Made by a program: the position numbers and the translations under genes
Notes under the pieces: generated by a model
Database searches by the model: none
What the model saw: only the letters and a program-made list of their open reading frames with translations
What the model was told of the DNA's origin: nothing
Shown: positions 17,614 through 29,486 of the stretch, in pieces
Layout: the number at the start of each line of letters is the position of its first letter
Position numbering within the stretch: the first letter of the stretch is position 1
DNA from: Bradymonadia bacterium
Lineage (GTDB): Bacteria > Myxococcota_A > Bradymonadia > UBA7976 > UBA1532
Direction: 5' to 3'
DNA: 64,000 bases
Assembly: GCA_046290225.1 (NCBI GenBank)
Contig: JBKAGE010000034.1
Span: 416,001-480,000, forward strand

Positions 17614-20097
17614 TCACTTGCGGATGGTGAAGGGCAGCGTCACGGTGCGGTTGGTTCCAGAGAACGCGGGCACCGACATGCCGCCGAGGGCCTCGCGCAC
17701 GCAGCGGTTGCCCACGGTGGAGCCGCCCACCAGGGTAACGTTGATCACCTTGCCCTTGGGCAGGGCGGTCATCTTGACCTTGAGCACCTTCACCGAGGCG
17801 TCTCGCCGGGCCTCTGCGGTGAGGCACTTCGACAGGCGGCTCTGACGAGCAGCCACGGCGGCATTGAGGGCCTCGATCTTGAAGACGGCCCCCTCTCCTG
17901 CAGACATATCGAGGGTGCTGCTCTCTGCCAGCAGACGCTCTTTGCGGATCTGAGCCTGCTCGGCCCGGGCGCGCTTTGCCGCAGCGCTCCGGGCGGCAAG
18001 GCGGACACGCTCCACACGCTCCGCTGCGGTCTCAGGGGCCTCGTCGGGCAGGGCCACGGAAGGCAACGCCGCCTCGAAGGGCATGATCGCCTGGCCGAGG
18101 TTCGCCACCACGGGGGTGGGCAGCGTGGACTGGTACCAGAAGTACCCCCCCACGGCGAGGGCGATGGCCAGGAAGGAGGCGCCGAGGCTGCCGTTGACGA
18201 GAATCGAGCGCCGGCGGTTCTTGCGCTTGATGTCGTTGTCTTCCTGCTTTCGCTTCCGAGCGGCTTTCTCGTGGGCCCACTTGTGCAGGATCTCTTCGAA
18301 GAACTCGATGTCGGAGAGCGGACGAATCTCCTCAGTCTCCACATCGAAGAGCAGCTGCTCGGTGTCGATCTCTTCCTTGAAGAGCTGCTCCACCACCTGC
18401 TTGCTCGAGTATGGACCGTAGTCGAGGCCATTGCGCCGGACGATCCACCGCAGGGCGTCGGGATCGAGGGCGCTGTGATACCCCAGATCGGGGATCTCGA
18501 AGCCTCCAGGGGCGCTCACCGGCGCCGCGTCGTGCTCGGGCAGCTTGTTGAGGGTCGGCGCGCCCCCCCGACGTCGATTCGGCGTCAGCGGCGGCGGCAC
18601 GGCAGGGATGGACGGCGGGCTGGCCACCGGCGCAGCAGGCATGGATGGTGGCAGTACAGGGGGCTTCGCCGCAGATGCAGGCACCGCCGGAGGTGCCGCT
18701 TCGGGGGCGGCCGTAGGCTCCATGACGATGGCGCTGTCATCCAGGAGCAGTGGCGCTTCCTCGGCGGGCTCTGTCCTGCCCTGTACCTCAGGAGCGCCCT
18801 CAGCGTCGCCAGCCTCCTCGGACGCAGAGTCTTGAGCTGCGCCCACCGCATCTGCTTCCGGGGTGGTCTCGTCTTTGGGCGGTCCACCTGCAGGGACTTC
18901 TGCAGTGGGGACTTCTGCAGTGGGGACTTCTGCAGTGGGGACTTCTGCAGTGGGGACTTCTGCAGCAGGAGCTTCTGCTGGGGGCACTTTTGCAGTGGGG
19001 ACCGCAAGGGCCTGGATCGCATCGATGGGCACGTCCACCACCTGAGTGGAGCCCTCGTCAACCTCAGGCGTACTGTGGGCCTCGGGGGCCTGAGGCGCAG
19101 GAGGATCGACGATCGCATCCACCATGGCTGTGGCATCTTGCCCTGCAGCCGTAGCCTCCTTGGGCGTCGCTGGTGCCTCAGGAGTGACTACAGGTGCGGG
19201 TGCTGCCTTCTCTTGCAACGCTGATGCTGGCGCAGGCGTCACCGGTACCGCGGAGGGCTCTCCCTGCAGTTGGGCCTGGGTGAGGGCCGAGAGAGCCGAC
19301 TTCAGCTGGCCCACCTTGGTGAACCCCTCTGGCGCCCCTGGTCGACAGCGGTCCAGAATCTTGTGCAGGGCCGGGTGCTGGCCTTCGAGGGGGGCATCAG
19401 CCTCGGCCACTCCGGTCATCATCGCCCGTAGGATCGCCCCGAGGGCCTTGAGATCACTCTGTACCCCGGTGAGACCCTCTTCACCAGTCTCTCCGGCGAA
19501 GCACAAGGCATCCCACCTATCCATCGACACGCGGAGTTTCACGGCCTCGGGCCTCAGGGCTTCGAGGGCCAGCCCCTCGAGCTTGACCCGCCCCTGAGTG
19601 GTCACGGCGATGCAGGAGGGGCGCAGCAGGCCGGAAGGGATCTGAGCCGCCTTGAGCGCATTGCACACATGAGCGACCAGATTGTAGGCCCCTTTGAGGT
19701 TGAAGGTTTTCCCTGCCCGGGAGCGCTTCTCCAACAGGCGGCCCAGCGTACGACCCTCGACGCGCTCCATGGCCAGGGCGTGGAGGTCACCGTCCACCCA
19801 CCAACCGTGAATGCGTGCCAGATTCTTGTGGGTGAGGCCCTGGGCTTGAAGCACCGCATCTTGCGTCGAGATGAGGGCGTTGCCGTCACCTGTGAGGCGA
19901 GGATCGAAAACCAGCAGGCTCAGGGGGCCGGCCCTACCCGAGGGATCGCTTACGTCAGTGACGCGGTAGAGCGCACCGAGAGCGTCTTCTCTCAGGGTGG
20001 ATTCGATCTGAAACTGCCCCGCAAAGCGCTCCCCCTCGGCGAGGAGCATCCGCGGGGCTCTCGGTGCTGAAGGTTCAGTCCGCTGGCTGGTTTCCAC
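17614..20097 (-). CDS. Pseudokinase / Pro-Ala linker / GYF-like / TM / AgmX-PglI(TonB-C)-like protein
   Basis: Kinase-fold order (LTHKNLARIHG, AMERVEGRTL, VAHVCNAL, SDLKALGAIL); WIVRRNGLDYGPYS; TM helix; C-terminal CL...CVREALGGMSVPAF...VTLPF. Confidence 0.7.
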   Translation of the reverse strand: METSQRTEPSAPRAPRMLLAEGERFAGQFQIESTLREDALGALYRVTDVSDPSGRAGPLSLLVFDPRLTGDGNALISTQDAVLQAQGLTHKNLARIHGWWVDGDLHALAMERVEGRTLGRLLEKRSRAGKTFNLKGAYNLVAHVCNALKAAQIPSGLLRPSCIAVTTQGRVKLEGLALEALRPEAVKLRVSMDRWDALCFAGETGEEGLTGVQSDLKALGAILRAMMTGVAEADAPLEGQHPALHKILDRCRPGAPEGFTKVGQLKSALSALTQAQLQGEPSAVPVTPAPASALQEKAAPAPVVTPEAPATPKEATAAGQDATAMVDAIVDPPAPQAPEAHSTPEVDEGSTQVVDVPIDAIQALAVPTAKVPPAEAPAAEVPTAEVPTAEVPTAEVPTAEVPAGGPPKDETTPEADAVGAAQDSASEEAGDAEGAPEVQGRTEPAEEAPLLLDDSAIVMEPTAAPEAAPPAVPASAAKPPVLPPSMPAAPVASPPSIPAVPPPLTPNRRRGGAPTLNKLPEHDAAPVSAPGGFEIPDLGYHSALDPDALRWIVRRNGLDYGPYSSKQVVEQLFKEEIDTEQLLFDVETEEIRPLSDIEFFEEILHKWAHEKAARKRKQEDNDIKRKNRRRSILVNGSLGASFLAIALAVGGYFWYQSTLPTPVVANLGQAIMPFEAALPSVALPDEAPETAAERVERVRLAARSAAAKRARAEQAQIRKERLLAESSTLDMSAGEGAVFKIEALNAAVAARQSRLSKCLTAEARRDASVKVLKVKMTALPKGKVINVTLVGGSTVGNRCVREALGGMSVPAFSGTNRTVTLPFTIRK
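18893..18997. repeat. 15-bp coding tandem repeat (GGGACTTCTGCAGTG; AEVPT units)
   Basis: Four perfect units plus three degenerate units. Confidence 0.95.
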
Positions 20098-20195
20098 GGG
20101 CAGCGCTCTCCAGGTGTAACCTCAGTGTTCTTAGCCCACTGCCCGCAGAGGTACAATAGGGCTGCATGGGCTGGAGGCCTTCGCGGGCCCCAGGC

Positions 20196-20633
20196 TCAGG
20201 GGTTCGAGGCAGCCACCTCGGCGAGATCCACCTTCCACGCCTCCCCCTCTTTCACCAGAGCGATGCGCTTGAGCACTTGCTCACCTGCCTTCACGACCAC
20301 CACCCGGCGCGTCTCGGTGCTCGCCTCGGCGTCGATCTGTGGCTTGTCGGAAATCGCCAGCTCCTGACGCCACCCCGACCGGATCACCAGCGACTCGGCC
20401 ACCACCTCTACGCTGGCATCCGCTGGCAGGCCCAACTGCTGAGCGAGTGCCTTGCGGCTGTCGGTGGTGAGCAAGGCCGCCAGCCGATCCGCGCGCCCAC
20501 CCCGGATGGCGGCGTTGAACTGCTGATAAGCGGTGATGGCCGGATCTTCCGGAGGCGGGCCACAGCCCACTGTGAGCATCGTCGACATCACCAGTGTCAG
20601 AGTCCAAGGGCCCGTGGCCCGGCGTCTCCTCAT
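20196..20633 (-). CDS. Hypothetical lipoprotein (NTF2/DUF4878-like)
   Basis: Lipobox TVGC; ends IALVKEGEAWKVD. Confidence 0.6.
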   Translation of the reverse strand: MRRRRATGPWTLTLVMSTMLTVGCGPPPEDPAITAYQQFNAAIRGGRADRLAALLTTDSRKALAQQLGLPADASVEVVAESLVIRSGWRQELAISDKPQIDAEASTETRRVVVVKAGEQVLKRIALVKEGEAWKVDLAEVAASNP

Positions 20634-20731
20634 CTGCGCAGCTCCCTCTAGGGTCTTCTCTGGGCCTTCGGAATATGGTCCATTGGCCAGGATCGTTCAC
20701 CGCTCAAAGGTATATCAGGGTGCAGCAGAAA

Positions 20732-21394
20732 ATGCCGAGGTTGCTGGTGGCGGGCCTGACCCTCGCCCTCTGGTCGTGTGCAGGTGAGCCGGAGCCGGGC
20801 ACACCGGAGGCGGCGGCCCACGCCCTGGGCCTCGCTCTACAGGGTGGAAAACCCGAGGCGGTCCTCGCCCTGACCACCAAGGGCACACATGAACGCCTCG
20901 ATCGGCTCTACCAGAAAATCACCGTGCAGCGAGGTGCCATCGAGCAGCGTTACCCTGAAGACGCTCGAGGGGCCACAAAGCTCACCTACCCCGAGGGGGT
21001 CTTCGAAGCAGACAGCGCAGAAGCTCTCTTCGGCGTGCTGATCACCCCCTGGCTCGAGAAACTCGAGCGCGGCGAGGGCCTGCTGTATGGCATGAGCGCC
21101 CGCTCGGTGCGGATGGATGGTGACGCAGTCGCCCTCGTCTCTACTCGTGCAGGCGAGCTTCTGCGCCTGGAGAAGACCGATGAGGGCTGGAAGACCGACG
21201 CCTTCGAAGCAGCTCTGCAGGTGAACCTCGATCGGGTGCACAAGAACCAGATCACCCTCGAGAACAATCTCATGGTGTTCGCGGCGATGGAGAAGCGGGC
21301 GGCCAAAAAGAAGGCTGCTCAGCCACTGCCAGATGCGCCCGCCAACGGGCAAGACGGCGACGCCCCACCCCCTTCACCTGCATCAGATCAGTAA
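20732..21394 (+). CDS. Hypothetical lipoprotein
   Basis: MPRLLVAGLTLALWSC lipobox; LRLEKTDEGWK motif resembles the divergent neighbour. Confidence 0.6.
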   Translation: MPRLLVAGLTLALWSCAGEPEPGTPEAAAHALGLALQGGKPEAVLALTTKGTHERLDRLYQKITVQRGAIEQRYPEDARGATKLTYPEGVFEADSAEALFGVLITPWLEKLERGEGLLYGMSARSVRMDGDAVALVSTRAGELLRLEKTDEGWKTDAFEAALQVNLDRVHKNQITLENNLMVFAAMEKRAAKKKAAQPLPDAPANGQDGDAPPPSPASDQ

Positions 21395-21818
21395 CAGTCA
21401 TATACGGCCTGCCACGGACGATGGCCGAGGCCGTGGCGGCGCCTATCCCGGGTACGGCTTGTAGATCAGTGGCCGCGGCGCTGTTGACGTTCAGCTTCAG
21501 CCCCAGTGAGAGTCGAATCCCTCCAGGCAGTGAAGAGACCTTCATCCGACATCCCTCAGCGTCGCCTGCGAGCGTGAGCAGATCGCCTCGACGGATGGCT
21601 CTCGTGGGTGGACAACGTTCGAGTGTGGGGATCAACGCCTCGGCCCGGCAAGGAAAGATCGCCTCGGTGAGCGTGGGGCCGAAACCAACAGCGGAGGCAC
21701 AGTGTGTGGTTGCAGGTAGAGTCACCCGCTGCACTCTGGCGGACAAAGACCAGCCCACGAGGCCACAGACCAACCACGTCAGCATCAAGGACCATCGCCG
21801 GTGCCGTGTCATCGCCAT
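21270..21818 (-). CDS. comEA: ComEA-like helix-hairpin-helix DNA-binding protein
   Basis: N-terminal TM; LNVNSAAATDLQAVPGIGAATASAI...DLMQVKGVG. Confidence 0.75.
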   Translation of the reverse strand: MAMTRHRRWSLMLTWLVCGLVGWSLSARVQRVTLPATTHCASAVGFGPTLTEAIFPCRAEALIPTLERCPPTRAIRRGDLLTLAGDAEGCRMKVSSLPGGIRLSLGLKLNVNSAAATDLQAVPGIGAATASAIVRGRPYMTVTDLMQVKGVGRRRLARWRAHLAVAEQPSFWPPASPSPRTP

Positions 21819-21882
21819 GGACGTCGCCCATCTCGCTCGTCGTACACAACGATCTATGGGGCGTCGGTGGTGGGTGTGCCGG

Positions 21883-22272
21883 TCAGATCCTCAAACCCGA
21901 CATCTTCAGGCCGATCCAGGCGGCAAAGAGGCCGCCGAGCACATTGAGACCGACGTTGAGCAGCATCCAGCCCACGCCAGCTCTGCCGAGGCTCACCGAC
22001 TCGTAGCCGAAGGTGCTGAAGGTGGTGAGGCCACCGAGAAAGCCTGTGGTGAGCCCGGTATAGACGGGGGGCGTGAGCCAGCCGGCCTTGTCTGCACTCT
22101 TCAATGCGAGACCACCGAGCAGGCCCATGAGCAGGCAGCCGAGCAGGTTGGCAGCCAGAGTCCCCACGGGGATCGTGGCAGGCCACCAACGCTTGCCAGC
22201 GAGGGCCAGCGCCCATCTGCACACAGCCCCTGTACCGCCCCCGAGGAATATGGCCACGGCGTTGGCGCTCAC
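21883..22272 (-). CDS. crcB: Fluoride channel Fluc/CrcB
   Basis: GGGTGAVCRW, GTLAANLLGC, TGFLGGLTTFSTF. Confidence 0.93.
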   Translation of the reverse strand: MSANAVAIFLGGGTGAVCRWALALAGKRWWPATIPVGTLAANLLGCLLMGLLGGLALKSADKAGWLTPPVYTGLTTGFLGGLTTFSTFGYESVSLGRAGVGWMLLNVGLNVLGGLFAAWIGLKMSGLRI

Positions 22273-22937
22273 CGCCGAGCCCAGATGGCGAGGGCGTCGA
22301 AATCCACAGTGCTCGAATCCACTCTGTTCACCCCCTCTGCGGCCCTACCCCAAGGCACACACGCGAAGGGCATCTCTGCCCTCGATGCAGCCTCGGCATC
22401 CACTTCGGTGTCGCCGACGTACAGACAGCGGGCTGGGGGCACTTCGAGGGCTGCAGCGGCCTCCAACAACGGACCCGGATCAGGCTTGCGAGTGGGGAGC
22501 GTGTCGCCGCCGAAGACGCACCCGAAAGTCGATTGCCAACTCAGCCCTTCCAGAACCGGCTCCAGGAACATGCCAGGCTTGTTCGTGACGAGCCCCAGAG
22601 GGATGTCGGCGGCGGACAACGCGCTCAACGCCTCTGGCACCATGGGATAAGGCACGGTGTGGTCGAGCAGGTGCGTACCATAGGCCTGCAAGAACACAGC
22701 TCGGCCAGCCTGTACCTCTTCAGGGCCCAGCTCAGGCAACGTGTTCACCAGCAAGTGGCCAAGCCCCCACCCGATGTGGGCTGCCACGTCAGCTTCGGGC
22801 CAGGGTGCAAGGCCGAAGTGCTCGCGGACCATGTTGGCCCCTGTGGCGATGTCGCTGGTGCTGTCGATGAGGGTGCCGTCCAGATCGAAAATCACCGCCA
22901 GGGGGTCGAGGGCAGACAGGTGGATGGCCATGCTCAT
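22269..22937 (-). CDS. gph: HAD-family hydrolase, phosphoglycolate phosphatase-like
   Basis: FDLDGTLIDS, VTNKP, RKPDP, YVGDTEVD. Confidence 0.85.
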   Translation of the reverse strand: MSMAIHLSALDPLAVIFDLDGTLIDSTSDIATGANMVREHFGLAPWPEADVAAHIGWGLGHLLVNTLPELGPEEVQAGRAVFLQAYGTHLLDHTVPYPMVPEALSALSAADIPLGLVTNKPGMFLEPVLEGLSWQSTFGCVFGGDTLPTRKPDPGPLLEAAAALEVPPARCLYVGDTEVDAEAASRAEMPFACVPWGRAAEGVNRVDSSTVDFDALAIWARR

Positions 22938-24187
22938 GGGTCAGACTCCTCTTCAGACTCCGAGGCGGTCGAAGCCACCTCGCTCGGTGCGGGCGTCGGC
23001 GCCTTGGGCGCAGCCGGTGCACTCGCCGCCGTGGTGCGTGCCGGGTAGGTGCCCAGCACGCGCACCTCAGCGGCTGAGGCCTTCAGATCGGTGAGGGCTC
23101 TCTGCACCTGAGGATCATCGCCGTGGCCCTCGAAGTCGACGTAGAAGCGGTAGACCCACGGCTGCCCGGGCTGAGGCCGGCTCTCAAGTTTCGTCAGGTT
23201 CAACCCGTGTTGGGCGAAGACCTGCAGCGCCTGAACCAGAGCGCCGTGGCGATGCTGAGCAGAGAAGATCACCGAGGTCTTGCACGGCACTCGCTCTGCG
23301 TAGGCCTTCGGGGCGCGGGCGACGATGACGAACCGGGTGAAGTTTTGTGCGTGATCAGCGACGCCTCGCTGCACCACAGCGAGACCGTGGAGACGCGCAG
23401 CTGCCTCACTGGCGATGGCCCCCTGGGAGAGATCTTGCTGGGCCTTGACCTGCGCCACGGCGGCGTCGGTATCGGAGACGGCCTCGGCGATGACGCCAGG
23501 CAACCTGCGGATGAACCCTCTGCACTGCGCCAGGGCCTGGGGGTGAGAGCAAATGCGCCTGATCCGAGCGATGGGCACTGACGCTTCCAGAGCGATCAGG
23601 CAATGCTCGATGGGCATGACCTCTTCGCCGATGATGAACAACCCGCCCTCGGCGAGCAGATCATAGACTTCGGTGATCGAGCCCGCCGTGGTGTTCTCCA
23701 AGGGCAGCACTGCGTAGTCCGCCGACCCATCGCGAAGGGCCGCCACCAGCTCGCCGAAGCCCAACCCTGTGCGAAACACCACCGCCTCTTCATGGGCCTC
23801 GAAGTGACGACGAGCTGCCTGGGCGCTGTAGCTGCCAGGACCGCCGAGGTGGGCCACGACGAGATGTCCCGCAGCGCGTCGGGCGGCCTCAGGCGAGAGC
23901 TTCAGCTGCTGCTGTCGCACTGAGTGATCCAGGATCTCCTGGTACAGCCGTACGACGAAGTCGGGATCGAGGCCCCCACCGGCGGCAAGCCGCTCGATGC
24001 GCCCGAGCAGAGCCGACTCTCGTGCAGTGTCTCGCAGTGGTCGGCTCGGTGCCCCGCGCTTGAGCGTGGCCACCCGCTCCACAAGCCGCTGTCGGGCGCT
24101 GAGCGCCTGCACCAGGTCGGCGTCTACTGTGTCGAGCTGCTGGCGGAGCGTGCTCAACTCGTCTTCAGGTCGGGTGGCGTCGCTCAC
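22934..24187 (-). CDS. pheA: Chorismate mutase / prephenate dehydratase with ACT domain
   Basis: N-terminal LRQQLDTVD chorismate mutase; PLENTTAGSI, SHPQALAQC, NFTRF, NLTKLESRP. Confidence 0.93.
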   Translation of the reverse strand: MSDATRPEDELSTLRQQLDTVDADLVQALSARQRLVERVATLKRGAPSRPLRDTARESALLGRIERLAAGGGLDPDFVVRLYQEILDHSVRQQQLKLSPEAARRAAGHLVVAHLGGPGSYSAQAARRHFEAHEEAVVFRTGLGFGELVAALRDGSADYAVLPLENTTAGSITEVYDLLAEGGLFIIGEEVMPIEHCLIALEASVPIARIRRICSHPQALAQCRGFIRRLPGVIAEAVSDTDAAVAQVKAQQDLSQGAIASEAAARLHGLAVVQRGVADHAQNFTRFVIVARAPKAYAERVPCKTSVIFSAQHRHGALVQALQVFAQHGLNLTKLESRPQPGQPWVYRFYVDFEGHGDDPQVQRALTDLKASAAEVRVLGTYPARTTAASAPAAPKAPTPAPSEVASTASESEEESDP

Positions 24188-24317
24188 CGTAAGCCCTCGC
24201 GGTCGGTTCTCACTCGCCCCGCAACATGCCTAGACTTCGCGCGGAAGAAAAGAAGACCTGCCCCTGGGAAGGTTTTACACGATTGACAAGATCACACGGC
24301 CCTCGTAACACCGACCC

Positions 24318-25880
24318 ATGGATACACACGCCGACGCTACGCCACTGGTCCTGGGACAGGGCCGACTCACCATCGACGATCTCGCAGCGGTGGCCCTTAG
24401 AGGCCGGCCGGTGGCCATCGACCCCGATCGCCTCGCTCACATCGGTGAGATCAGGCGAAAGGTGGAAGCGCTCCTCAAGCCCGGCGCGCCGCTCACATAT
24501 GGTGTGAACACGGGCTTCGGGGCCCTCGCCGAGGTACGGGTCGAGGCCTCTGCCCTGGCCCGACTGCAGCAAAACCTGATCCGCAGCCACACCACGGGTG
24601 TGGGCGCCCCCTACCCTGTGGCCCAGGTCCGGGCCATGATGTTGCTCCGGGCCAACGTGCTCATTCTGGGCACGAGCGGTGTACGCCCCGAGGTGCCTGC
24701 GCTTCTGGTCCAGATGCTCAACGCCAGGGTGCACCCGCTGATCCCCGAAAAAGGCAGCGTGGGGGCCTCTGGCGATTTGGCGCCCCTCGCCCACCTCGCC
24801 CTGGCCCTCATCGGCGAAGGCGAGGTCCTCGACGGCGAGGGGCATCGAGTGCACGCGGCCAACGCCCTCGCTCAGGCGGGCCTGCGACCTCTCGAGCTGG
24901 GCCCCAAGGAGGGCCTGGCCCTCATCAACGGCACTCAGGCCATGACCGCAGATGCAGCGCTGGTCTTGCATCGCGCCCGGCGCCTGTGCACCACAGCGGA
25001 TCTCGCTGGGGCCATCAGCCTCGACGCCCTGCTGGGCACCCCCACGGCTTTTGATCCCCGTGTGCAGGGGGCCCGAGGACATGACGGACAACTCAAGAGC
25101 GCCGAGAACCTGCGACGTCTCACCGCCGACAGCGGCTTCGTGGCGAGTCATGTGGACTGTGGGAAGGTGCAGGATCCGTACAGCCTGCGCTGCATGCCTC
25201 AAGTGCACGGTGCCAGCAGAGCCGCGGTGGAGCACGCGTGGATGGTGGTGGAGCAGGAGCTCAACGCCGCCACGGACAACCCCCTCGTCTTCGAGTCAGG
25301 CGACGCCCTCGAGATCATCAGCGGGGGTAACTTCCACGGGCAGCCCGTGGCCCTGGTCTGCGATTACCTCGCCATGGCTCTGGCAGAGCTGGCCAACATC
25401 TCCGAGCGCCGCATCGAGCAGCTCGTGAACCCGGCCCTCTCCAGCGGGCTGCCGGCTTTCCTCACCCCGAACAGCGGCCTGAACAGCGGCTTCATGATCG
25501 CTCAGGTCACCGCGGCTGCCCTGGTGAGCGAGAACAAAGTGCTGGCCCACCCCGCGAGCGTGGACAGCATCCCCTCGAGCGCCAACCGGGAGGATCATGT
25601 CTCTATGGGCACCATCGCCGCCCGAAAGGCCCGTACGGTGCTCGAGCACGCCGAATCCGTCCTGGCCATCGAGCTGATGTGCGGCCTTCAGGGCATCGAT
25701 CTGAGGCGCCCTCTCCAGACCGCGCCGCCCCTCGAAGCGGTCTACGCTCTCGTGAGGGCGCAGATCCCGCCCCTGGCAGAAGATCGCATCCTCTACGGTG
25801 ACATCGACGCGCTCGTGGCCCTGGTCCGTGGTGGCGCCCTCGTGGAGGCCGCCGCGGCGATCACCGGTCCACTACACTGA
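24318..25880 (+). CDS. hutH: Histidine ammonia-lyase
   Basis: [20 protein letters not shown] (MIO), [22 protein letters not shown]. Confidence 0.96.
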   Translation: MDTHADATPLVLGQGRLTIDDLAAVALRGRPVAIDPDRLAHIGEIRRKVEALLKPGAPLTYGVNTGFGALAEVRVEASALARLQQNLIRSHTTGVGAPYPVAQVRAMMLLRANVLILGTSGVRPEVPALLVQMLNARVHPLIPEKGSVGASGDLAPLAHLALALIGEGEVLDGEGHRVHAANALAQAGLRPLELGPKEGLALINGTQAMTADAALVLHRARRLCTTADLAGAISLDALLGTPTAFDPRVQGARGHDGQLKSAENLRRLTADSGFVASHVDCGKVQDPYSLRCMPQVHGASRAAVEHAWMVVEQELNAATDNPLVFESGDALEIISGGNFHGQPVALVCDYLAMALAELANISERRIEQLVNPALSSGLPAFLTPNSGLNSGFMIAQVTAAALVSENKVLAHPASVDSIPSSANREDHVSMGTIAARKARTVLEHAESVLAIELMCGLQGIDLRRPLQTAPPLEAVYALVRAQIPPLAEDRILYGDIDALVALVRGGALVEAAAAITGPLH

Positions 25881-25914
25881 CGCTTACACCCCCACCCCAT
25901 CACAGGAGCCCATC

Positions 25915-27575
<1,661 letters not shown>

Positions 27576-27579
<4 letters not shown>

Positions 27580-28829
27580 GCGAGGCCCGGCACGATCAGC
27601 CTGCCCCCCTCGATCTCGTCGTCGAAGGCGCCAGCGAGATCTACACCGCCGCAGGCCCCATCTACAGCGCCGGCACCCTCATCGGTGTACACGACGGTAC
27701 GGTGGTGTTCCTCGGCACCGAGAGGGCTCTCGAAGAGTCAGCCTGGCACATCGGCGGTCAAACCCGACGTCTGCATGCCCGAGGCGGGCTGATCACGCCG
27801 GGCCTCGTCGAATGCCACACCCACATCGTCTTCGCCGGTGATCGCAGCGGTGAGTATGCCCGCCGTGCTACGGGGGTGCCGTACCTCGAGATCGCCCGTG
27901 CAGGTGGGGGCATTGCCGCCACCGTCAGAGCGACCCGGGCCGCCTCGCTGGAGGATTTGGTCCGTGAAGGCCGTGGGCGGCTCGACCAGCTCGTGGGCTT
28001 TGGCGTCACCACGTGCGAGGTCAAATCGGGCTACGGCCTCGATCTGCCCACAGAGCTGAAGATGCTCCAAGCGGTCAAGGCCCTCGACGACGAGAGCCCC
28101 GTCGATCTCGTGGGCACTTTCCTCGGGGCCCACACGGTGCCTCCAGAGCACAAGGCTGATCGCCAACGCTATCTCGACCTGGTCGTGGACGAGATGATCC
28201 CTGCGGTGGCCGAGCAGGGTCTGGCGCGATTCTGCGACGTGTTCGTCGAAGCAGAGGCCTTCTCGAGTCAGGAAGGCGCCCGCGTCTTGCAGACAGGCCT
28301 CGATCATGGCCTCACCCCCAAAGTGCACGCAGATCAGCTCTCTGGCTGTGGCGGCGCGGAGCTCGCAGCTCGCATGGATGCGGTGAGTGCGGATCACCTC
28401 GAATATGTGAGCGCCTCGGGCATCCAGGCCATGGCCGCCTCAGGCACGGTGGCGGTGCTGCTCCCTGGCGCATCGATGTTCCTCGGCCAGGATGTACGCC
28501 CCCCAGCGCGGGCGCTCATCGACGCGGGGGTCAACGTGGCCCTGTCCACGGACTGCAACCCCGGCACCTGTCGGACCGAGAACCTTCAACTGATGATGAC
28601 ATTGGGGATGAGCCGGCTGGGCATGAGCCCGAGCGAGGTGCTCGACGCCGTGACGGTGAACGCCGCCAGGGCCATCGGCCTCGAAGACGAGGCGGGGATG
28701 ATCGCTGTGGGTCGCGCGGCAGATCTGGCCATCTTCGACGTGGCGAGCCACGTACACCTGCCCTATCACTTCGGGGTGAACCACACCCGCACTGTGGTGA
28801 AAGCCGGCAAGGTGATCTTCGACAGGTAG
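27576..28829 (+). CDS. hutI: Imidazolonepropionase
   Basis: [39 protein letters not shown] overlap with hutU. Confidence 0.95.
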
Positions 28830-28880
28830 CCCTTTGGTGGCTTGCCTGCAGAGTAGAGTGCAGTGACTCTACACTGGCAC

Positions 28881-29486
28881 TCAGCGCAGCCGCTCTGCCC
28901 AGGCGGTCTCGAGCATCGCGGTGGTGATGGGCCCTTCTCGATGCACCACCAGCCCTCCGCCTGACAGCGCCACCACAGTGCTCCGGCCACCAGGCGTCGC
29001 ACCGCCGTCCACAAGGCCAGAGACACCGGCGAGGCCCGCGGCATCGCAGGCCTCCGGGCTCGACGCCGCCGGCTGACCCGAGCGGTTGGCGCTCGTGGCC
29101 ACCAGGGGCTCTCCCATGGCGGCCACGATGGCCTCGGCAATGGGATGACCCGTCACCCGCAGCCCCACCATGTTCGTATCCGCCGTCACCGCTCCCGGCA
29201 GTCCGGGGAACGCCGGCACCACAACCGTGAGCGGCCCCGGCCAGAAACGCTCGGCGAGGGCGCGCATGGGCGTCTCGAGCCCATACCTCTGGAAGGCCTT
29301 CACCCCCGATACCATCACTGGAAGGGGTTTCCCAGGCGGTCTGCCCTTCGCCTCGATCAGGCGTGCCACCGCCTCGCCGTCCAATGCGCGGCACATCAGG
29401 GCGTAGTTCGTTTCCGTGGGGGCCAGTACGAGCGCTCCGGCCTTGAGCTGTTCGACGGCCTCGTCTGTGGTCAATCGTGTGAGCAT
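28881..29486 (-). CDS. tsaC: L-threonylcarbamoyladenylate synthase (TsaC/Sua5 short form)
   Basis: PTETNYAL, KGRPPGKPL, FWPGPLT, TSANRSG. Confidence 0.9.
   Translation of the reverse strand: MLTRLTTDEAVEQLKAGALVLAPTETNYALMCRALDGEAVARLIEAKGRPPGKPLPVMVSGVKAFQRYGLETPMRALAERFWPGPLTVVVPAFPGLPGAVTADTNMVGLRVTGHPIAEAIVAAMGEPLVATSANRSGQPAASSPEACDAAGLAGVSGLVDGGATPGGRSTVVALSGGGLVVHREGPITTAMLETAWAERLR

Noticed and set aside
17546..17827. N-terminal extension of the Cys-rich protein
   Set aside because: It overlaps the upstream gene, and the signal peptide and lipobox begin near 17545.
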